This document shows positions 59,066-64,000 of a stretch of 64,000 nucleotides of DNA, piece by piece (the first letter of the stretch is position 1; the number at the start of each line of letters is the position of its first letter). The position numbers and the translations under genes are program-made. This DNA comes from a virus (taxonomy: Duplodnaviria; Caudoviricetes): IMG/VR virus record IMGVR_UViG_3300037991_002562, positions 1 through 64,000 of that record. The stretch is one strand, 5' to 3'. A model generated the notes under the pieces. That model made no database searches and had not been told where the DNA came from. It worked only from the letters and a program-made list of their open reading frames with translations.

Positions 59066-59737
59066 ATGCTATCATTTGACGATTTACAAGGCGAAGCTAA
59101 AAAAGGCTCTAAAGTTAATTACATGAAACTACAAGACGGCACTAACCGTTTCCGTATTGTTGGTGACATTCTACCAGGTTACTTTTACTGGGTGAAAGGA
59201 GCAACTGGCGACGACCGCTCATTTGAATGCTTGCAGTTTGATCGTAACACAGAGAAGTTTAATTCTAGCTTACCAGACCCTGTTAAAGAGCTTAACCTAC
59301 AGGATGGTAAAGGTAACGACTTACGTTGCGGTTGGGGATACCGTTGCCAAGTAATAAACGAAGCAACAGGCAACCTAGAGGTACTAACTCTTAAGAAAGG
59401 TATGCTACAAGATATCATCAAGTTTGCTAAAAAGCAAAAAATCAACCCAACTAGCTACGAGAAAGGTTGCTGGATTACAGTAGAGCGTAAGAAAACTGGC
59501 CCGAAAGTGTTCAACGTAGCTTACGATGTAGACCCATTCAGCTTTGTATCTGAGCCTCTATTAGAGGAGCACATGGAAAAGGTTAAAGACCTTAAACCAA
59601 TGGCTGAAATTTTCCCACGTGAGACAGCAGAAGAACAACGTGCTCGTCTTAAAGTTCACCTAGAAGGTGCTCCGGCGGAAAACTCAGAGTCTGAAGAAGA
59701 AGCGACAGCAGAAGCAATGAACGAACTAGAAGACTAA
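59066..59737 (+). CDS. D11-like ssDNA-binding protein
   Basis: NRFRIVGDILP.Y.YW, KKTGP, acidic tail. Confidence 0.85.
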   Translation: MLSFDDLQGEAKKGSKVNYMKLQDGTNRFRIVGDILPGYFYWVKGATGDDRSFECLQFDRNTEKFNSSLPDPVKELNLQDGKGNDLRCGWGYRCQVINEATGNLEVLTLKKGMLQDIIKFAKKQKINPTSYEKGCWITVERKKTGPKVFNVAYDVDPFSFVSEPLLEEHMEKVKDLKPMAEIFPRETAEEQRARLKVHLEGAPAENSESEEEATAEAMNELED

Positions 59738-59745
59738 TTAGTTCG

Positions 59746-59774
59746 AAGAGGGTGGCGAAAGTCACCCTTCTTTT
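59746..59774 (+). terminator. Intrinsic terminator after D11
   Basis: AGGGTGGC-GAAA-GTCACCCT followed by TCTTTT. Confidence 0.75.
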
Positions 59775-59784
59775 AAGGAATTAC

Positions 59785-60732
59785 ATGGATCATATTTTCG
59801 TAGCAGACATTCACATAAAGTTAGGACAAAAGAATGTACCTAGTGAATGGCAGCGCAATCGAGTAATGCTACTAGCAAAAGAGTTAAATGAATACAAAGA
59901 TAAAACATTGGTAATTGGTGGAGACTTGCTTGATGTAGCTAAGCCTACTATGCCAGAAGTGTGTTTGATGTATGACTTCCTTAGAGCGCTAGAGCACGAA
60001 GAAATAATTTTAATACCTGGAAACCATGAAATGCTTACTAAGAAAAAGGATTGCTTTGAAGTTTGCGACCAAATATTTAAAGACCTTAATATAACATTAG
60101 TTAGAGATTTCCAGACGATAAACAATGTAGACTACATCCCGTATAACATACTATTATCAGATAGTTGGAGCACTCCAAAGTCTACACTAGCAGTAACCCA
60201 CGTACGCGGGGAAATCCCACCACACGTTAAACCAGAAGTAGAGCTTTCCAAGTTCTCCCACTATGAAAAAGTATTCTGCGGAGATTTACACTCTCGTAAA
60301 AACTCCCAGTTAAATCTTATATATCCAGGTAGCCCATACACTACTAGCTTTCATAGAAGTGTATCAAAGGGAGCAAATGGTATTGTATTATTTGATTCTA
60401 ATACCGGAGAGCATGAGTGGAAAGAGCTAAACCTACCACAACTATTAAGACTTACTATTACCGACCCTGAAGAAGCAATACCTGGCGAGTATCACCACAC
60501 TCTTTATGAGATTGAGGGTAACTTAGCCGACCTATCTAAAGTTAAGAATAACGAACTATTAGATAAGAAAGTAGCAAAAGATATTGTAACTCCTCCAACT
60601 CTAGAGCTAACAGGTGACATATCCGACGAGCTTCAAACATATCTTAAAGGAGTTAAGGATATTAAGGGAGAAGGTATGTCAAGACTTCTTACTATATTTA
60701 AAGAAGCACTACAAGGAGTAGACGACGTATGA
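59785..60732 (+). CDS. D12 recombination nuclease (SbcD/Mre11-like)
   Basis: ADIH, GGDLLD, PGNHE, GDLH, YPGSP. Confidence 0.92.
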   Translation: MDHIFVADIHIKLGQKNVPSEWQRNRVMLLAKELNEYKDKTLVIGGDLLDVAKPTMPEVCLMYDFLRALEHEEIILIPGNHEMLTKKKDCFEVCDQIFKDLNITLVRDFQTINNVDYIPYNILLSDSWSTPKSTLAVTHVRGEIPPHVKPEVELSKFSHYEKVFCGDLHSRKNSQLNLIYPGSPYTTSFHRSVSKGANGIVLFDSNTGEHEWKELNLPQLLRLTITDPEEAIPGEYHHTLYEIEGNLADLSKVKNNELLDKKVAKDIVTPPTLELTGDISDELQTYLKGVKDIKGEGMSRLLTIFKEALQGVDDV

Positions 60733-62567
60733 TTACGATAAAAAAGCTAAAATTTAGCAATATGTTCTCCTATGGTGAGAATAATGAGATTATCCTAAAC
60801 AACTCTAACGTGCTTCAACTTGTAGGTAAGAACGGTGCAGGTAAAAGTTCAATACCGACAATACTTGAAGAGCTTCTGTATAATAAAAACTCTAGAGGCA
60901 CTAAAAAGGCAGATATAAAAAACCGATACACGGACGCTAACTATTACTCAGGTACAGTTGAGTTTGACGTAGACGGTGACGAATATATACTAGAGAAAGT
61001 AGTAAAGAGCAGCACAAAACTTACGCTAACTAAAAACGGGGAAGATATATCAGGACACACCCCTACTCAGACTTACAAAAAGTTAGAAACGGAAATTCTA
61101 AAACTAGATTTCAACACATTTAGTAAGTTAGTGTACCAGTCAATGAACAGCTCTTTGGACTTCTTGAAAGCTACCGACTCTAAGAGAAAAGAGTTCTTAA
61201 TATCACTTCTATCCTTAGACAAATACGTTACTATTCACAATAGAATTAAAGAAGTTGTGAAAGAGGCTAAAGACGTATTAACAGGACATAAGGCCGTCGC
61301 TGCGGCCAAAGAATCCGAAATAAAGTCTAACAGAGCTATTGAGGTTACGTATAATGCAAAAGAAGTACCTGTAGTAGACGAAACTATTAGAGACGAGATT
61401 GCGAATCTTAAAGCTATAGAGTCTCAGCGTGAAAAGATTCAGGAAAGAACTATTAGATACGCTAGGGCTTTTAAAGCAAAAGAAGCTGCTAAGCTGGCGT
61501 GGGAAGTTTTTGAACTCCCAAAAGATAAACCTGAAGCTCCCGATACTGAGCACTTAAAAAATCTATACAAAGAAGCTCAAAATGTACAAGGACAAATTAA
61601 CTCTTTAAGAAAGAGTATTAGGGAGCTAGAGTCCGGAGTAGGAAAATGTTCCGCATGTGGACAAGAATTGCCGGACAGCGAAAGTAAACAAGAACATTTA
61701 CTATGCCTTAAAAAGGAGCTGAATGAGCTCGTAGAGTACCAACAAGGTAAGCAAAGAGAGCATGAAGAAGGTAATCGCAAAGCTAGTGAATATTCCAAGC
61801 ATCAATTACTTGTAGAGAAGCAAGCAGACCTTAAAACAGCCTTTGAAAACGCACAAGAAGCACTAGAAAATACTGAAAAGCCGGATGCTTTACCTGACTC
61901 TGTTGAGGACGAAATAACTAGACTTACTGCTGAATACAATAGACAAACTGTTGCTAAGCAACAAGCTGAACAGCACAACACTCTGCGCGCTAAGCAAATT
62001 GCTAAATACGAAGCGCAGAAAGAGTTAGTAGCTCAAGCTAAAGAGAAACTAAAATCTACTCAAGAGTCTATACGAGAATACGAAGCTTATTTAGAAGATG
62101 TGAAGATACTAGAGAGTGCGTTCGGGCCGAAAGGTCTTGTACAGTATAAGATAGAATCTAACATCAAAGTATTTGAAGCACTAATTAACGAATACTTAGT
62201 TCTATTAAGTAATGGTGACTTCAACATTAGATTCCAGATTGAGGATTCTAAACTTCGTATAGTAGTGTTCCAACACGGTGAAGAAATCGATATAAACTCA
62301 GCATCTAGTGGTGAGTTCAACAATATTAACACAGCTACCTTACTAGCGGTAAGGAAGATGATGACTTCAATCTCTAAAGTAAGTATTAATATACTATTCT
62401 TAGATGAAGTTATTTCTGTACTAGACGTAGAGTCTAGAGAGAATTTGATAGATATTTTAGTTAAAGAGCAGAACCTTAACTCAGTAGTGGTTAGTCATGG
62501 GTTTGAGCATCCTTTAGCAGACACGGTATCTATAGTTAAAGAAGGAAAAACTTCAAAATGCAAATAA
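60729..62567 (+). CDS. D13 recombination ATPase (SbcC/Rad50-like)
   Basis: GKNGAGKSS, CSACGQ hook, SSGE, FLDE. Confidence 0.93.
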   Translation: MITIKKLKFSNMFSYGENNEIILNNSNVLQLVGKNGAGKSSIPTILEELLYNKNSRGTKKADIKNRYTDANYYSGTVEFDVDGDEYILEKVVKSSTKLTLTKNGEDISGHTPTQTYKKLETEILKLDFNTFSKLVYQSMNSSLDFLKATDSKRKEFLISLLSLDKYVTIHNRIKEVVKEAKDVLTGHKAVAAAKESEIKSNRAIEVTYNAKEVPVVDETIRDEIANLKAIESQREKIQERTIRYARAFKAKEAAKLAWEVFELPKDKPEAPDTEHLKNLYKEAQNVQGQINSLRKSIRELESGVGKCSACGQELPDSESKQEHLLCLKKELNELVEYQQGKQREHEEGNRKASEYSKHQLLVEKQADLKTAFENAQEALENTEKPDALPDSVEDEITRLTAEYNRQTVAKQQAEQHNTLRAKQIAKYEAQKELVAQAKEKLKSTQESIREYEAYLEDVKILESAFGPKGLVQYKIESNIKVFEALINEYLVLLSNGDFNIRFQIEDSKLRIVVFQHGEEIDINSASSGEFNNINTATLLAVRKMMTSISKVSINILFLDEVISVLDVESRENLIDILVKEQNLNSVVVSHGFEHPLADTVSIVKEGKTSKCK

Positions 62568-62827
62568 AGAAAACACTATCCACAGATGGACTACGTAGAC
62601 TAAGCAGTAAAATAGATGAGTTAATAATAAGCGGAGCTTATAAACATGCTCAGGTAGTTTATGTAGAACCTTTCGATGACCACTATATGCAAATGCTACA
62701 AACTAAGCACTATGAGTTGCCGGAAAAAGAGCAAGAAGAGAAACTTAGAGAGTTGTTACACGCTAAAGAGCAAATTCAAAACGCTCTTATCGATAGGTTA
62801 GCAGAGGAAATAAAGAGTGGGAAGTAA
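62558..62827 (+). CDS. Hypothetical protein
   Basis: 89-aa coupled ORF. Confidence 0.55.
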   Translation: MQIKKTLSTDGLRRLSSKIDELIISGAYKHAQVVYVEPFDDHYMQMLQTKHYELPEKEQEEKLRELLHAKEQIQNALIDRLAEEIKSGK

Positions 62828-63266
62828 ACAGTCAGCAAAAGGTTCTCGATTCGAGTACAAGATAAGAGATATGCTTACTGAGAAAACTGGCGTTAAGTGG
62901 GACAGAGTTCCACTTAGCGGAGCAGGTACAATGAAAGGTGATTTATACTGCCTGACTAACCACTATTACTATTGCTTTGAATGCAAGTCTTTTAAAGACA
63001 CAGTAATTCAAGAGAACCTACTATCAGCTAAATCAAATAACATATTCTCTTGGTGGGAACAAACGCTTAGAGAAGCAAAAGAAATGAATAGAAAGCCTGC
63101 TCTAGTATTTAAGAAAGACAGGGGCAAACCTATTATAGCAGTCGAAGAAGACATTGAAGGAATTAATAAATTCTCCATTACCGCTTTTGGCATGGAGGGA
63201 GTTAACCTTTATCTGTTCACCGACTGGCTAGCAGTTAAAAAAGTAGAGGAAATAATACTAGTATGA
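62817..63266 (+). CDS. D14 Holliday-junction resolvase-like nuclease
   Basis: KGSRFE..RVPLSGAG..KGDL..FECK..WWEQ. Confidence 0.85.
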   Translation: MGSKQSAKGSRFEYKIRDMLTEKTGVKWDRVPLSGAGTMKGDLYCLTNHYYYCFECKSFKDTVIQENLLSAKSNNIFSWWEQTLREAKEMNRKPALVFKKDRGKPIIAVEEDIEGINKFSITAFGMEGVNLYLFTDWLAVKKVEEIILV

Positions 63267-64000
63267 AGGGAATTTTCGAATTAGAAGACGAAGGACTAGA
63301 CACTAGAGACTTTGATGGGCAAAATAACTTGCTCCTAGTTGACGGTCTTAACCTAGGATTTAGATATAAACAACAAAGCTTATTTGACCACGCTGCTCCT
63401 TATATGAATACTGTTAACTCCTTAGCTAAATCCTACGGTTGCAATCATGTAATCGTAGGATCAGACTACGGAAAATCTACTTTCAGAAAGGAAGTAAGCG
63501 AAGGCGAGTACAAAGCAAATCGTGAAATAATGCGAAAAGAACAGACTGAAGAAGAAGCCGAGAAATTTAAGAAGTTCTTGGAGGGCTTTGAAAAAGCCCT
63601 TGCTTTAGTCGGTACTATGCATCACACAATAAAACTTCGCAATGTGGAAATGGACGACATTGCTGCTTACATTGTTAAAAAGTACGGACACTTATTTGAC
63701 AACATTTGGTTAATCTCTTCAGATAAAGACTGGGATTTACTATTAAAGCCAAACGTACATAGGTTCTCCTACGTTACTAGAAAAGAGTACACTGTAGATA
63801 ACTTTGCAGAATCCCATGAAGGTTGTGAAAATCCTGAGGACTACGTGTCTATGAAAGTGTTTTCTGGAGACCCCGGAGACAATGTTGCAGGGTTCCCAGG
63901 CGTAGGCGCAAAACGAGCTTACAATCTAATACGTGAGCATGGCTCAGCATTAGACGTATACGACGCGTTACCTCTAGCAGGTAAACAAAAATATATACAG
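63263..64000 (+). CDS. D15 flap endonuclease / 5'-3' exonuclease (partial)
   Basis: LLVDGLNL, YKANR, EMDDIAA, SSDKDWDLL, GDPGDNV.GFPGVGAKRA. Confidence 0.93.
   Translation, partial: MKGIFELEDEGLDTRDFDGQNNLLLVDGLNLGFRYKQQSLFDHAAPYMNTVNSLAKSYGCNHVIVGSDYGKSTFRKEVSEGEYKANREIMRKEQTEEEAEKFKKFLEGFEKALALVGTMHHTIKLRNVEMDDIAAYIVKKYGHLFDNIWLISSDKDWDLLLKPNVHRFSYVTRKEYTVDNFAESHEGCENPEDYVSMKVFSGDPGDNVAGFPGVGAKRAYNLIREHGSALDVYDALPLAGKQKYIQ

Overview
A 64-kb segment of a lytic T5-like phage (Demerecviridae-type gene order), probably infecting a marine Gammaproteobacterium (host is inference). Positions 1-40.5 kb are transcribed on the minus strand. They carry an NAD salvage pair (PRS-like plus an intein-containing NAMPT-like gene, NARP1-like), lysis genes, a Ro60/TROVE-like DUF2828-vWA gene and a 12-kb cluster of about 26 tRNAs mixed with small ORFs and structured ncRNAs. 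They also carry a foreign-looking esterase/Ig-repeat cassette and nucleotide metabolism genes (thyA with a group I intron and GIY-YIG endonuclease, DHFR, Grx-nrdB, nrdA, phoH). Positions 40.6-64 kb are on the plus strand and hold the T5 replication module (obp, D2, D3, split ligase, D5, D6, primase, Pol A, D10 with an ORF-less group I intron, D11-D15). The best candidate for an undescribed system is a dispersed family of hairpin RNAs whose stem sequences differ but which share an unpaired ACAGCAA. One copy is permuted and embedded in a tRNA body. They lie upstream of the Ro60-like gene and may form a Ro/Y-RNA-like ribonucleoprotein. Everything was read by eye and no searches were run.
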